Shown here piece after piece: positions 19,030 to 29,341 of a stretch of 32,000 nt of DNA (its first letter is position 1; every line of letters begins with the position of its first letter). Both the position numbers and the translations under genes were made by a program. The notes under the pieces were generated by a model. It had not been told where the DNA came from. It did not search any database and saw nothing but the letters and a program-made list of their open reading frames with translations. The stretch covers positions 210,001 to 242,000 of the forward strand of contig NZ_OZ060402.1 in the NCBI RefSeq assembly GCF_964059045.1, read 5' to 3'. The DNA comes from Candidatus Saccharimonadota bacterium. Its GTDB lineage: Bacteria; Pseudomonadota; Gammaproteobacteria; Enterobacterales; Enterobacteriaceae.

Positions 19030-19659
19030 TTTTATCCTGTTTCTTATTTATAATGATTGTATTAATTAAATTAATTAAATAAATGATATTATTATTAATA
19101 ATTATCATTCACAGTTAATATAGAATCAAGATTGTTAATATTTATTTTATATTTTTTGATGATTAATGTAATATTGAAGTATTAAAAGAAATGTTCATTT
19201 TTTTATATTTTTATTTATAATGTAAAATAGATATAAATTTTATTTATTTTGTTTAAATTATCAGATTAATATAATAAAATTTTTAAAAATATTTTTGCTA
19301 AAAAATTATTGAATGAAAATTATTTATTTGTATTATGATCATTTTAATGAAAAAAATAATTTTTTATGAATTAATGTTTTGATATCATAATTAATATTTT
19401 TTTCAATTATATTTTTTTTAAAATGGATTTTTTAAGCATTGATTATAATTTTTAATTATGAATATGAAATAAAAAATAATTATAATCAATAAAAATATTA
19501 AAAATATTTCATACTGGATATATATAAATATATTTTTTATATTATATCATATATTATATTTATATTCTAAAATAGTTTGAAAATAAATAATTTATTATAT
19601 CGAACATTTTGATCATTTCATATTTTTAAATATTTTTTTTAAAAAAATATTTTTTTATA

Positions 19660-20598
19660 TTATTTAATGAGTTCAGCAATTCTTAAGGTTGCACTTCTAG
19701 ATCTTTTATTTGTATTTATTTCTTGTTTGGTTGGATTGATTTTATCTATTTTTTTAAATCTAAAATTACATTTTTCAGATAATATTGTTTCATTGATAGG
19801 TAGATTGATTGGTATTATTTTTTGATTACTGTTTTGATTGATAAAATTTTTTACAATACGATCTTCTAGTGAATGAAAAGTAATAATTAACAAACGACCA
19901 CCAGGGGTTAAAATATTTATAACATTTTTTAATAGTATTTTAATTTCTTCTAATTCATTATTGATGAATATTCGTATAGCCTGAAAACTTTTTGTAGCAG
20001 GATGTTTTTTTCGGTATTTTTTAGAAACAATTTTTTCAATTAAATTAGATAATTCTAATGTTCTGGTGATTGGTTTTTTTTTGTTTTGTTGAATAATGGC
20101 ACATGCTATTTTTTTTGCATATGATTCTTCACCATAATTTTTAAGAATTTTAAATAAATTATTTTCTTTGGTTTGCAACAACCATTTTGAAGCTGTAATG
20201 TTTTCTTGAGGATTCATTCTCATATCTAATGGTCCATCTTTCATAAAAGAAAAACCACGTTTTGGATTATCTAATTGTGGTGAAGATACTCCTAAATCTA
20301 TAATAATTCCATTAATTTTTTTTATAAAATTTAATTTTTTTGCATAATGATATATTTTAGAGAAATTACCATGAATAAAATGCAATCTAGAATCATTTAT
20401 AGTATTGGAGTATTTTTTACTTTCTGGATCTTTATCAATCGCAAATATTTTACCTTCTTTTCCTAGATTTTGTAAAATTTTTTTAGAATGACCACCATAT
20501 CCAAATGTAGCATCAAGATAAATGCCATTTTTTTTAATATTTAAAAATTTTATTACTTCATTTAACATTATTGGTATATGTAGTTGTTTATTTATCAT
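19660..20598 (-). CDS. rsmH: 16S rRNA (cytosine1402-N4)-methyltransferase
   Basis: 312 aa, colinear with E. coli RsmH/MraW (HIPIMLNEV, DATFGYGGHS, DLGVSSPQLD, RGFSFMKDGPLDMRM, SFHSLEDRIVK, RSRSATLRIAE). Confidence 0.93.
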   Translation of the reverse strand: MINKQLHIPIMLNEVIKFLNIKKNGIYLDATFGYGGHSKKILQNLGKEGKIFAIDKDPESKKYSNTINDSRLHFIHGNFSKIYHYAKKLNFIKKINGIIIDLGVSSPQLDNPKRGFSFMKDGPLDMRMNPQENITASKWLLQTKENNLFKILKNYGEESYAKKIACAIIQQNKKKPITRTLELSNLIEKIVSKKYRKKHPATKSFQAIRIFINNELEEIKILLKNVINILTPGGRLLIITFHSLEDRIVKNFINQNSNQKIIPINLPINETILSEKCNFRFKKIDKINPTKQEINTNKRSRSATLRIAELIK

Positions 20599-20685
20599 GA
20601 TAAAAATAATAATTTTATATAAAAATATTATTGTATCATAGTTTTTAGAATAGTTGTTTTAAAAATAATTTATTATTTTTAAAAG

Positions 20686-20746
20686 ATCAGTATGATTAAA
20701 GTTTTGTTAACTATCATAAATACAGTTAATTATGAATCACACTGAT
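20686..20746 (-). terminator. Possible ilvIH terminator: extended imperfect hairpin
   Basis: The outer stem atcagtatgatt (20686-20697) pairs with aatcacactgat (20735-20746) in 11 of 12 positions, four of them G:C. A nested ttaact/agttaa stem lies inside. On the minus strand the structure starts about 25 nt after the ilvH stop. Confidence 0.3.
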
Positions 20747-20772
20747 TATTAAATAATAAAGCTTTTGATTGA

Positions 20773-21249
20773 TTAATTTTTTGTAATTCCGATGATACCT
20801 GATCGAACTATTTCAAGTATTTTTGAAATTTCTTTTATTAAATTAATAAAAATATCTATTTTTTCGCTAGATTCAGATAATTGAATCACATAAGTACATG
20901 TTGTCATATTTACAATTTTACCTTGGAAAATATTTGTTATTCTATAAATTTCTGATTGATTTTTTTGGTTTTTTTGCACTTTAACTAACATGGTTTCTAT
21001 TTCTATATGTGTTTTTTTATCAATTTTTATAACACTTAGTACATCTATTAGTTTATGTAGTTGTTTTTCAATTTGTTCAATAACTTTTTCTTCGCCTATG
21101 GTTTGTATAGTCATTTTTGAAATAGTTGGATTATCAGTAGGAGCAACTGTAACACTTTCAATATTATAATTTCTTTGTGAAAATAATCCTATTACTCTTG
21201 ATAACGCACCAGATTCATTTTCTAGTAAAATTGATAAAATTTTTCGCAT
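20773..21249 (-). CDS. ilvH: Acetolactate synthase III small (regulatory) subunit
   Basis: 158 aa. [39 protein letters not shown] is nearly identical to E. coli IlvH. AAGGAG lies 6 nt upstream and overlaps the end of ilvI. Confidence 0.93.
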   Translation of the reverse strand: MRKILSILLENESGALSRVIGLFSQRNYNIESVTVAPTDNPTISKMTIQTIGEEKVIEQIEKQLHKLIDVLSVIKIDKKTHIEIETMLVKVQKNQKNQSEIYRITNIFQGKIVNMTTCTYVIQLSESSEKIDIFINLIKEISKILEIVRSGIIGITKN

Positions 21250-21258
21250 AATAACTCC

Positions 21259-22974
21259 TTAATTGTTTCTTAATAACATTTCGTTCATTCCACCACCTCT
21301 AATTTGCATAGGATAGACATGTTCCGAATGATCAATTTGTATATTTAAAAAAACTAAATTATTTTTTTTGACATAAAAAAGTGCTGATTTTAATTTTTTT
21401 TCTAGTTTATTTGGAGAATCAACATGCATACCAATATGTCCATATGATTCTACTAATTGAACGAAATCTGGTAATGATTTCATATATGAATGTGAGTGTC
21501 TACCTTCATAAATTAAATCTTGCCATTGTTTTACCATTCCAAGTGATTTGTTGTTAAGATTGATAATTAAAATAGGTAACTGATATTGTTTTGCTGTAGA
21601 TAATTCTTGAATATTCATTTGGATACTACCATCTCCAGTAATACAAATTACAGTTTCATTTGGAAATGCAAGTTTTACACCAAGTGCTGCAGGCAGTCCA
21701 AATCCCATTGTTCCAAGACCTCCAGAATTAATCCATCGTCTAGGTTGATTAAATGGATAATATAATGCTGCAAACATTTGGTGTTGTCCAACATCTGAAG
21801 TAATAAAAGCTTTTCCTTGAGTTAATTTCCAAATATATTGAATAACTGTTTGTGGTTTAATATTTTTTTCATCTTGATAATATTTTAAACTATTTTTAGA
21901 TCTCCATTGATTTATTAATTTCCACCATTCTGTTAAATTATTTTTTAAAATATTTTTTTTATTGTTTTTTAATATAGCAATCATTTCTTGAAGGATACAT
22001 TTTGCATCTCCGATAATTGGAATATCTGATGTTACTGTTTTAGAGATTGAAGTAGGATCAATATCTATATGTAATATTTTAGCGTTTGGACAATATTTTT
22101 CTAAATTATTGGTTGTCCTGTCATCAAAACGTACACCTATAGCAAAAATTAAATCTGAATGATGCATAGTCATATTAGCTTCATATGTTCCATGCATTCC
22201 TAGCATAGAAAGATTTTGAATATGATTACCAGGAAAACAACCTAAACCCATTAATGATGTGGTGACAGGTAGATTAAGAATTTCAGCAATATTTTTTAAT
22301 TCTTTGTGACTAGATGAACTAATAACGCCTCCACCAGCATAAATAACGGGTTTTTTTGCATTAATTAGTGTTTTTATTGCATTTTTAATTTGATTTTCTT
22401 GTCCTTTTTTGATGGGATTATAAGAACGGATATGTACATTATTTGGCCAAATATATGTGATTTTATGATTTGGATTTAAAATATCTTTTGGTAAATCAAT
22501 TACGACAGGACCAGGTCGACCGCTATTTGCTAAAAAAAAGGCTTTTTTAAATATTTCTGGAATGTCTTGTGTTTTTTTTACTAAAAAACTATGTTTAACT
22601 ATTGGTCTTGATATGCCTATCATATCACATTCTTGAAAAGCATCATATCCGATAAGAGATGAGGCTACTTGTCCAGATATAATGACCATTGGAATTGAAT
22701 CCATATAAGCAGTGGCTATACCAGTAATAGCATTAGTAGCACCAGGACCGGATGTCACTAAAACTACTCCTGTTTTTCCAGTAGCTCTTGCATAACCATC
22801 AGCCATATGAGTAGCACCTTGTTCATGTCTAACTAAAATATGTTTGACACCTCTGATTGTTTTTAAAGCATCATAAATATCTAATACAGCTCCTCCTGGA
22901 TATCCAAATATATATTTTATTCCTTGATCAATTAAAGATTGAACAACCATTTCCGCACCTGATAATATTTTCAT
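21259..22974 (-). CDS. ilvI: Acetolactate synthase III large (catalytic) subunit
   Basis: 571 aa, colinear with E. coli IlvI ([101 protein letters not shown]). GGAGA lies upstream of the ATG. Confidence 0.95.
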   Translation of the reverse strand: MKILSGAEMVVQSLIDQGIKYIFGYPGGAVLDIYDALKTIRGVKHILVRHEQGATHMADGYARATGKTGVVLVTSGPGATNAITGIATAYMDSIPMVIISGQVASSLIGYDAFQECDMIGISRPIVKHSFLVKKTQDIPEIFKKAFFLANSGRPGPVVIDLPKDILNPNHKITYIWPNNVHIRSYNPIKKGQENQIKNAIKTLINAKKPVIYAGGGVISSSSHKELKNIAEILNLPVTTSLMGLGCFPGNHIQNLSMLGMHGTYEANMTMHHSDLIFAIGVRFDDRTTNNLEKYCPNAKILHIDIDPTSISKTVTSDIPIIGDAKCILQEMIAILKNNKKNILKNNLTEWWKLINQWRSKNSLKYYQDEKNIKPQTVIQYIWKLTQGKAFITSDVGQHQMFAALYYPFNQPRRWINSGGLGTMGFGLPAALGVKLAFPNETVICITGDGSIQMNIQELSTAKQYQLPILIINLNNKSLGMVKQWQDLIYEGRHSHSYMKSLPDFVQLVESYGHIGMHVDSPNKLEKKLKSALFYVKKNNLVFLNIQIDHSEHVYPMQIRGGGMNEMLLRNN

Positions 22975-23298
22975 ATTGTCTCCAAATAAAATTAATATTA
23001 CATATTGTTTAAATGAATTTGTACTAATTAATATTCATTATTTGATATAGTTTATTGTTATTTTAAAATGTATATATGGAGTTAAAAAATTAATAATTTT
23101 TTTTATTAATTATTAATAATATTTATATTTTATTTAAGATAAATTTAAAAATAATTTATTATTGTATATTAAATGTAAAATTTTATTCTATTAGAATTAA
23201 TATTTATATTTATTGAAAATATCGAGAATTAATTTTTTGTTTTTTTGATTATTTAGTTATTCATAATTATTTTATTAATGTTTTATTTAATTTAATTA

Positions 23299-24328
23299 CT
23301 ATAACAAAAATTTTTTAAATTCAGGAGAATACCATATTGAAAAGTATTTTTTTTCCTTTTTAATTAAACAAACAGATAATTTCTCAAAAATAGCTATTTT
23401 TTTTGCTTCTTTAAAACCTAATATCATTAAAGCTGTATCCCAAGCATCGGCTTCTAGTGCAGAATTAGATATTATACTTACAGATAGTAAACTATTGTTT
23501 ATTGGTTTTCCAGTAACAGGATTAATCAGATGAGATATTTTTTTATTATTTAATTTGTAGTAATTATGATAGACACCTGAAGTGCTAATAGATTTTCCGT
23601 TTAAATTAACTATAGTGTTAATAGTATTTTCTTTTTCGAATGGAGATAATATTCCTACAGGAATAATTTTATTTTTATCTATTGAATGGCTGATAACTAC
23701 TCCTCCAATAGAAATAATATAGTTTTTAATTTTATAATTTTTGAGAATTTTTTTTATTTCTTCTGCAGCAAATCCTTCTCCCATTGTAGATAAATTAATT
23801 TTAATTTGTGATATATTTTTTGTAATATACGTTCCGGATATATTTTGAATTAATTGAATATTTTGTATTCCTGTTTTTTGAATAGTATTTTTAATTTTTT
23901 CTATTGAAGGATAATGTAGTATCTTATTTCCAGGACCAAACCCCCACATATTTATTAAATTTCCTATAGTAATATCTAATGCACCATGAGTTTTTTTCCC
24001 TATACACAGTCCTGTAAGAATTATTTTTTTTAAATTTTGATCGATTAATTTTGGTTGATTAGCTTTATATTGATTAAAAATAGATACAAATGATTTTTTA
24101 TTCCAAGATGAAATTTGTTTTTCATAAATATTTAGCTTATGAGTAATATTTTTTTTTATAATGTTGATTTTTTTTTTTAGTTTCGATTTCTGGAATTGTA
24201 ATTTTCCAATATGTACCCATTGTTTTACCTTGTATGGTCTGATATTTTTGTTTTATTTGGCATATATGAAGATTATATATTATGCAAAAAATATAAAATA
24301 ATAAGTTTAAATTAATTGTTGTTAACAT
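23299..24328 (-). pseudogene. apbE: FAD:protein FMN transferase (ApbE) interrupted by a single +1 frameshift in an A11 tract
   Basis: I translated the minus strand by hand. Frame A runs from ATG 24328 and encodes a signal-peptide-like N-terminus plus QGKTMGTYWKITIPEIE (E. coli EGKTMGTFWRASIPGID). It stops at 24137 after an A11 run (T11 on the + strand, 24168-24178). Frame B is open from before that run to 23299 and continues the alignment (SSWNKKSF, GALDITIGNLINMWGFGP, STMGEGFAAE, ISTSGVYHNYY, ALEADAWDTALM). The span is 1030 nt, which is 343 codons plus 1 nt. Removing one A from the run gives one continuous 342-aa ApbE. Confidence 0.85.
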
Positions 24329-24491
24329 GTATTGTTCACCATGGTTTTTATTAATACTAAATAGTATCTGTATTATATTTATGTAATAGAATAAATTATT
24401 AAAAATTAGAATATTATTTTGCAATATATTATAGATTATTACAGTTTTTACTTTTTAAAATATTATTCAATTATTTCATTTTTATTGGTTG

Positions 24492-24545
24492 TATATTTTT
24501 TAAAATAGATTTTTATTTTTCATAAAAACTATTTTAAAAAATATA
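24492..24545. repeat. Long A/T hairpin in the apbE-degP divergent spacer (17 bp perfect + 1-nt bulge + 7 bp, loop ttttc)
   Basis: 24492-24508 is exactly complementary to 24529-24545. After bulged A24509, 24510-24516 pairs with 24522-24528. The loop is 24517-24521. Confidence 0.5.
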
Positions 24546-24894
24546 TTTATGTTTAATTTTTTTAAAAATTGGAATTAATTTAATTATTTTTAATATAAAT
24601 ATTATTATATATAATGTTTATAATATTTAAAAAATTATTTTAAATTAATATTTATTAATTTATTTTAATAAAAAAAAATGTTTTTATTTCATTTTATTTT
24701 GTATTAATAATATTATTATATTTTATTAAAAAATTAGTTTTTTAATTATAAATACGATTTTTAACATAATTAATAGGATTATATAGAATATTCAGCAACT
24801 AAATAGGCTAATACAGTATATATTATTTTTTTATTGTATACTATTGTTCCAAATCTTACTTTTTTGGAATATATTGTAATTTGAGAATAGAATA

Positions 24895-26325
24895 ATGAAA
24901 AAAATATACATAATAGTACAGGTGTTATTGACCATAACACTATTAATGTTTTGTAATATAGCGTATTCTAGTAATTTAGAAAAATCTATTTTAAAACCAG
25001 TAATTCCAAGTTTAGCACCTATGTTAGAAAGAATTATACCTTCTATTGTAAGTATTAATGTAGAAGGTGTTGTCTCTATTCGTAAACATCGTTTATCAGA
25101 TTTTTCTCCATCATTATTCGATCCTAATTCGATTTTATATAAAAATACTTCTTTTTTACAATATTCATCTCTACATCTCAATTCTTATAAAAAAAATAGA
25201 ATTTTTCATAAAAATTTTCATGCTTTAGGATCTGGAGTTATTATCAATTCTAAAGAAGGTTATGTAGTTACTAATAATCATGTAGTTGAAAATGTTAAAA
25301 CAATAAAAGTAAATTTAAGTGACGGTCGTTGTTATTCAGCTAAGATAGTTGGCAGAGACCGTCGTTCTGATATTGCATTATTAAAATTAACAATAGCAAA
25401 TAATTTAACTGCTATTACTATATCTAATTCGGATTTGGTCAAAGTTGGAGATTTTGCGATAGCTATTGGTAATCCTTATGGATTAGGAGAAACAGTTACA
25501 TCTGGAATTATATCTGCTTTAGGTCGTAGTGGTCTGCATTTAAAAAATTATGAAAATTTTATTCAGACTGATGCAGCTATTAATCGTGGTAATTCTGGAG
25601 GTGCATTAGTTAATTTACAGGGTGAATTAATAGGTATTAATACGGCTATTTTAGCCCCTAATGGAGGTAATATTGGTATTGGTTTTGCAATTCCAAGTAA
25701 TATGATCAGGCATGTTACTCAGCAAATTATAAAATATGGTCGTGTAACAAGAATTAAATTAGGTATTATTGGGACTGAATTAAATGCAGATATTGCTAAA
25801 ATAATGAGATTAAATTCTTGTCGTGGAGCATTAGTAAGTGAAGTTTTAAAATATTCTTTAGCAGAGAAATCAGGTATAAAATCAGGTGATATCATTGTTT
25901 CAATTAATAAAAAATTTATATCTAATTTTTCAATGTTTCGTGCTGAAATGAGTATGTTTACCAAAAATACAAAAATTAGATTAGGAATATTAAGAAAAGG
26001 TTTCTTATATAAAATTGTATTTATATTAAAAGATGATATTAATCAGAAAATTTATTCTTTACAATCATATAAATTTCTTATAGGAGCTTTTGGTTGCAAT
26101 TATTACAATTTTAAAAAAAATCAATTTATTAAATTATATTATGTTTTAAAAGATAGTTTAGCTTATGATCAAGGATTTAAACAGAATGATATTATTATTG
26201 ATGTCAACAATTATATTATACATAATTTGAATAATTTAAAAATAATTTTATCTAAAAAAATTGATTTAGTTGTTTTTCATATCCAACGTGAAAATAACAT
26301 AATTTATTTAGTATTACAAGAGTGA
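24895..26325 (+). CDS. degP: Periplasmic serine endoprotease/chaperone DegP (HtrA family)
   Basis: 476 aa with an N-terminal signal peptide. Colinear with E. coli DegP (PSLAPMLERIIPSIVSINVEG, ALGSGVII, VTNNHVV, RSDIALLK, IQTDAAINRGNSGGALVNL, GIGFAIPSNM, two PDZ regions). The His/Asp/Ser catalytic triad context is retained. The gene ends in TGA. Confidence 0.93.
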   Translation: MKKIYIIVQVLLTITLLMFCNIAYSSNLEKSILKPVIPSLAPMLERIIPSIVSINVEGVVSIRKHRLSDFSPSLFDPNSILYKNTSFLQYSSLHLNSYKKNRIFHKNFHALGSGVIINSKEGYVVTNNHVVENVKTIKVNLSDGRCYSAKIVGRDRRSDIALLKLTIANNLTAITISNSDLVKVGDFAIAIGNPYGLGETVTSGIISALGRSGLHLKNYENFIQTDAAINRGNSGGALVNLQGELIGINTAILAPNGGNIGIGFAIPSNMIRHVTQQIIKYGRVTRIKLGIIGTELNADIAKIMRLNSCRGALVSEVLKYSLAEKSGIKSGDIIVSINKKFISNFSMFRAEMSMFTKNTKIRLGILRKGFLYKIVFILKDDINQKIYSLQSYKFLIGAFGCNYYNFKKNQFIKLYYVLKDSLAYDQGFKQNDIIIDVNNYIIHNLNNLKIILSKKIDLVVFHIQRENNIIYLVLQE

Positions 26326-26336
26326 TAATTCAAATA

Positions 26337-26367
26337 TAGTCCGCCAATTAAATATTCAGGCGGACTA
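26337..26367. terminator. Bidirectional rho-independent-type terminator between convergent degP and dapD
   Basis: tagtccgcc (26337-26345) pairs with ggcggacta (26359-26367). The 9-bp perfect stem has six G:C pairs and a 13-nt loop. It lies 12 nt after the degP stop and about 44 nt after the dapD stop, with T-rich sequence following on the + strand. It stands out strongly against the A/T background. Confidence 0.7.
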
Positions 26368-26410
26368 AAAATTATTTTTTAATATATTTTTATGATGAAG
26401 AATGTAATAT

Positions 26411-27235
26411 TTATTGAATTTCTCTTAATAATTGATTTAATTCAACTTTTTTTAAAGTTTTGTTGTCTACAGTTTTTACTATAACTGCACAATATAAATT
26501 ACATAATCCGGTTTTTGAAGGTAAAGTTCCTGAAACTACTACAGAATTTTTTGGTATTTTACCATAAAATATTTTATTTTTTTCTCGATCATAAATTTTA
26601 GTACTTTGTCCAATAAAAACACCCATAGAAATTACAGAACCTTCTTCAATGATTACACCTTCTACAATTTCAGAACGTGCTCCAATGAAACAATTATCTT
26701 CAATAATAGTAGGATTATTTTGCAAGGGTTCTAATACTCCTCCAATACCTACTCCACCTGAAATATGTACATTTTTTCCTATTTGAGCACATGAACCTAT
26801 TGTAGCCCAGGTATCAATCATGGTATTTTGGTCAATATAAGCTCCTATGTTAATGTATGATGGCATTAATATTGTATTTTTAGCAATAAAAGCACCATGT
26901 CGAACAGTAGCTTGAGGAACAATTCTGACTTGTTCTTGTTGAAATTGTTCTTCAGTATATCTTTGATATTTTAATGGAATTTTGTCAAAATATGATTGTG
27001 TATCATTTTTTATGATTTTGTTTTTATTAAAATAAAAATTTAACAAAATAGCTTTTTTTAACCATTGATGTGTGATCCACTGATTATTAATTTTTTCAGA
27101 AACTCTTAACTGTCCTGTATTTAACATATCAATAACATATTTTATTTGTTTTTTTTCTGATTGGATATTTTTTTTAGTAATAATTTCATTTTTATTATCA
27201 AATATTGTTTCAATTATTTTTTGGTATTGATCCAT
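26411..27235 (-). CDS. dapD: 2,3,4,5-tetrahydropyridine-2,6-dicarboxylate N-succinyltransferase
   Basis: 274 aa, colinear with E. coli DapD ([80 protein letters not shown]). AGGAT lies upstream of the ATG. Confidence 0.95.
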   Translation of the reverse strand: MDQYQKIIETIFDNKNEIITKKNIQSEKKQIKYVIDMLNTGQLRVSEKINNQWITHQWLKKAILLNFYFNKNKIIKNDTQSYFDKIPLKYQRYTEEQFQQEQVRIVPQATVRHGAFIAKNTILMPSYINIGAYIDQNTMIDTWATIGSCAQIGKNVHISGGVGIGGVLEPLQNNPTIIEDNCFIGARSEIVEGVIIEEGSVISMGVFIGQSTKIYDREKNKIFYGKIPKNSVVVSGTLPSKTGLCNLYCAVIVKTVDNKTLKKVELNQLLREIQ

Positions 27236-27330
27236 TTTTTATCCTGATGGTATTTTCTAATGTATATTTGATACATTTGTTCATGTATTATATTTAATAA
27301 ATTATATATTATAATTAATAAAGCATTTTT

Positions 27331-28119
27331 CTAGTTAATAAAAAATTTAGAAATATTTTCTTGATATTGTTTTGTTAGTACTTCACATCCGTTTTCAGTA
27401 ACTAAAATTGTATGTTCATATTGTGCAGATAAACTACGATCTTTAGTTTTTACAGTCCACTGATCTTTCATTAATTTTATTTCTCTGCTTCCAGTATTCA
27501 CCATGGGTTCAATTGTAAAAATCATATTTTTTTTTAAAACAATTCCTTGATCATCTCCTTCATAATGTAGTATTTGAGGTTCTTCATGAAAATTTTTTCC
27601 TATTCCATGTCCACAATATTCTTGAACTACTGAAAAATCATGTTTTTCGACATATTTTTGAATAGTTGTTCCAATTTTTTTTAAAGGTATGCCAGGTTTT
27701 ATAATAGATAAGGATAAATATAAACTATTTAATGTTATTTGACATAATCTTTTTCCTAATATACTAGTTTTTTGTACAATATACATTCTAGAAGCATCAC
27801 CGTAATATTGGTTTTTAAGTATAGCAATATCAATATTAACAATATCACCGATTTTTAAAATTTTTTTTGTATTTGGTATTCCATGACAAACAACATCATT
27901 AATGGAAATACATATTGATTTTGGATAACCTCGATATCCTAAACAAGCTGGTATAGCTTTTTGTACATTTTTGATATAATCATGACAAATTTGATTTATT
28001 TTTTCAGTATTCATATTAGGAATGATATATTCTTCAATCATATCTAAAACATTTGCAGCAAGTTGGCAAGATAATCTAATTTTTTCGATTTCTTGATTTG
28101 TTTTTATAGGAATTGTCAT
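27331..28119 (-). CDS. map: Methionine aminopeptidase (type I)
   Basis: 262 aa, colinear with E. coli Map (CLGYRGYPKSICISINDVVCHGIP, DIVNIDI, EYCGHGIG, FTIEPM, SAQYEHTI). Confidence 0.95.
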   Translation of the reverse strand: MTIPIKTNQEIEKIRLSCQLAANVLDMIEEYIIPNMNTEKINQICHDYIKNVQKAIPACLGYRGYPKSICISINDVVCHGIPNTKKILKIGDIVNIDIAILKNQYYGDASRMYIVQKTSILGKRLCQITLNSLYLSLSIIKPGIPLKKIGTTIQKYVEKHDFSVVQEYCGHGIGKNFHEEPQILHYEGDDQGIVLKKNMIFTIEPMVNTGSREIKLMKDQWTVKTKDRSLSAQYEHTILVTENGCEVLTKQYQENISKFFIN

Positions 28120-28287
28120 TTTTCAGAATTTTGAATAATTTATATGATTAAATATATTAATAGAAAAATATTTTAAAAAACATTTATATTTAAAATAATT
28201 AAAAATATGAATATAATTTTATAATTTTCATAATGAATAATTCATATTTTTTAATAGTTTTATTAAGATAATTTTTTATACTAACAA

Positions 28288-28316
28288 TTGTTAGTATCAT
28301 TAATTTCATTTATAAT
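28288..28316 (+). promoter_or_regulatory. Candidate sigma70-type promoter for rpsB-tsf (TTGTTA - 17 nt - TATAAT)
   Basis: The -35-like TTGTTA is at 28288-28293, followed by a 17-nt spacer and a perfect TATAAT at 28311-28316. This predicts a leader of about 150 nt before rpsB ATG 28477. TATAAT-like strings are common in this composition, so this is only a candidate. Confidence 0.3.
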
Positions 28317-28476
28317 ACATCAAATACAAAGATATTTGATATTATTAAATTTTTTTTTTGTATAATAATAATATATAATGAAAAAAATATATTTTGTTTT
28401 TTATTTAAAATTATGTTTTTATTAAAATAATAATTTTTTTGATTTATTAATTTTTTGATATATGGTTGAGGTTTAT

Positions 28477-29187
28477 ATGACAGTAATTTCGATGAGAGAT
28501 ATGTTAAAAGCAGGTGTGCATTTTGGTCATCAAACGCGTTATTGGAATCCTAAAATGAAACCATTTATTTATGGTTCTCGTAATAGAGTTCACATTATTA
28601 ATCTAGAAAAAACTTTACCTATGTTTAATATATCTACATCAGAATTAAAAAAAATTTTTTTAAAAAAAGGTAAAATTTTATTTGTTGGTACTAAAAAAGC
28701 AGCCAGTGAAGGAATTAAAAATATTGCAATTAATCTTAATCAATTTTATGTTAATCATCGTTGGCTGGGTGGTATGTTAACTAATTGGAAAACTGTACGT
28801 CAATCAATTAAACGTTTGAAAGATTTAGAATTAGAATCGAATGATGGCACATTTGAAAAATTAACTAAAAAAGAAGCACTTATAAGATACAGAGAATTAT
28901 ATAAGTTAGAAAATAGTTTAGGTGGAATTAAAAATATGGGTGGTTTACCAGATGCATTATTTATAGTTGATGCAGAACATGAAAATATTGCAGTGAAAGA
29001 AGCAAATAATTTGGGAATTCCGGTGTTTGCTATTGTTGACACCAATTCTAATCCTGATGGGGTTGATTTTATTATTCCAGGTAATGATGATGCTGTACGT
29101 GCTATCAATTTATATTTAACTAGTATTACTGCAATTTTATTAAAGCATTCTGATAATATTAATAAAATAAGTATATGTGAGGTTTAA
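28477..29187 (+). CDS. rpsB: 30S ribosomal protein S2
   Basis: Colinear with E. coli S2 ([89 protein letters not shown]). The ORF track starts at ATG 28462. ATG 28477 gives the E. coli-like N-terminus and is preceded by GAGG 5 nt upstream. Confidence 0.96.
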   Translation: MTVISMRDMLKAGVHFGHQTRYWNPKMKPFIYGSRNRVHIINLEKTLPMFNISTSELKKIFLKKGKILFVGTKKAASEGIKNIAINLNQFYVNHRWLGGMLTNWKTVRQSIKRLKDLELESNDGTFEKLTKKEALIRYRELYKLENSLGGIKNMGGLPDALFIVDAEHENIAVKEANNLGIPVFAIVDTNSNPDGVDFIIPGNDDAVRAINLYLTSITAILLKHSDNINKISICEV

Positions 29188-29341
29188 TTAACTGATCATA
29201 TTTCATTAAAATATTATTTTTATGATTAACATTTTATTATTCATGATTTAGTAATTTTTTATAAAATATCTTTAGTATATAATTTTTAGTATCAATGTTT
29301 TATTTTATTTATTGGATATAATTTTTTCAAGGAATTTAAAA

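Noticed and set aside
24137-24424. 95-aa ORF listed as a separate gene.
   Set aside because: Its C-terminal part (QGKTMGTYWKITIPEIE) is the N-terminus of ApbE. It is the upstream fragment of the frameshifted apbE, not an independent gene. The likely true start is the internal ATG at 24328.
26314-26325. Possible UGA reassignment, as seen in some tiny endosymbiont genomes.
   Set aside because: degP ends at TGA exactly where the E. coli protein ends. Trp is encoded by TGG throughout, and no conserved gene needs read-through of TGA. The code is standard code 11.
28278-28297. Perfect 20-bp palindrome atactaacaattgttagtat in the map-rpsB spacer, as a possible operator. A similar 20-bp palindrome tataagatatatatcttata lies at 9348-9367, about 30 bp upstream of aceE.
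   Set aside because: With about 0.4 probability of complementarity per pair, a 10-pair palindrome is expected roughly once in the ~5 kb of spacer in this window. No cognate regulator can be inferred. I keep them only as a note.
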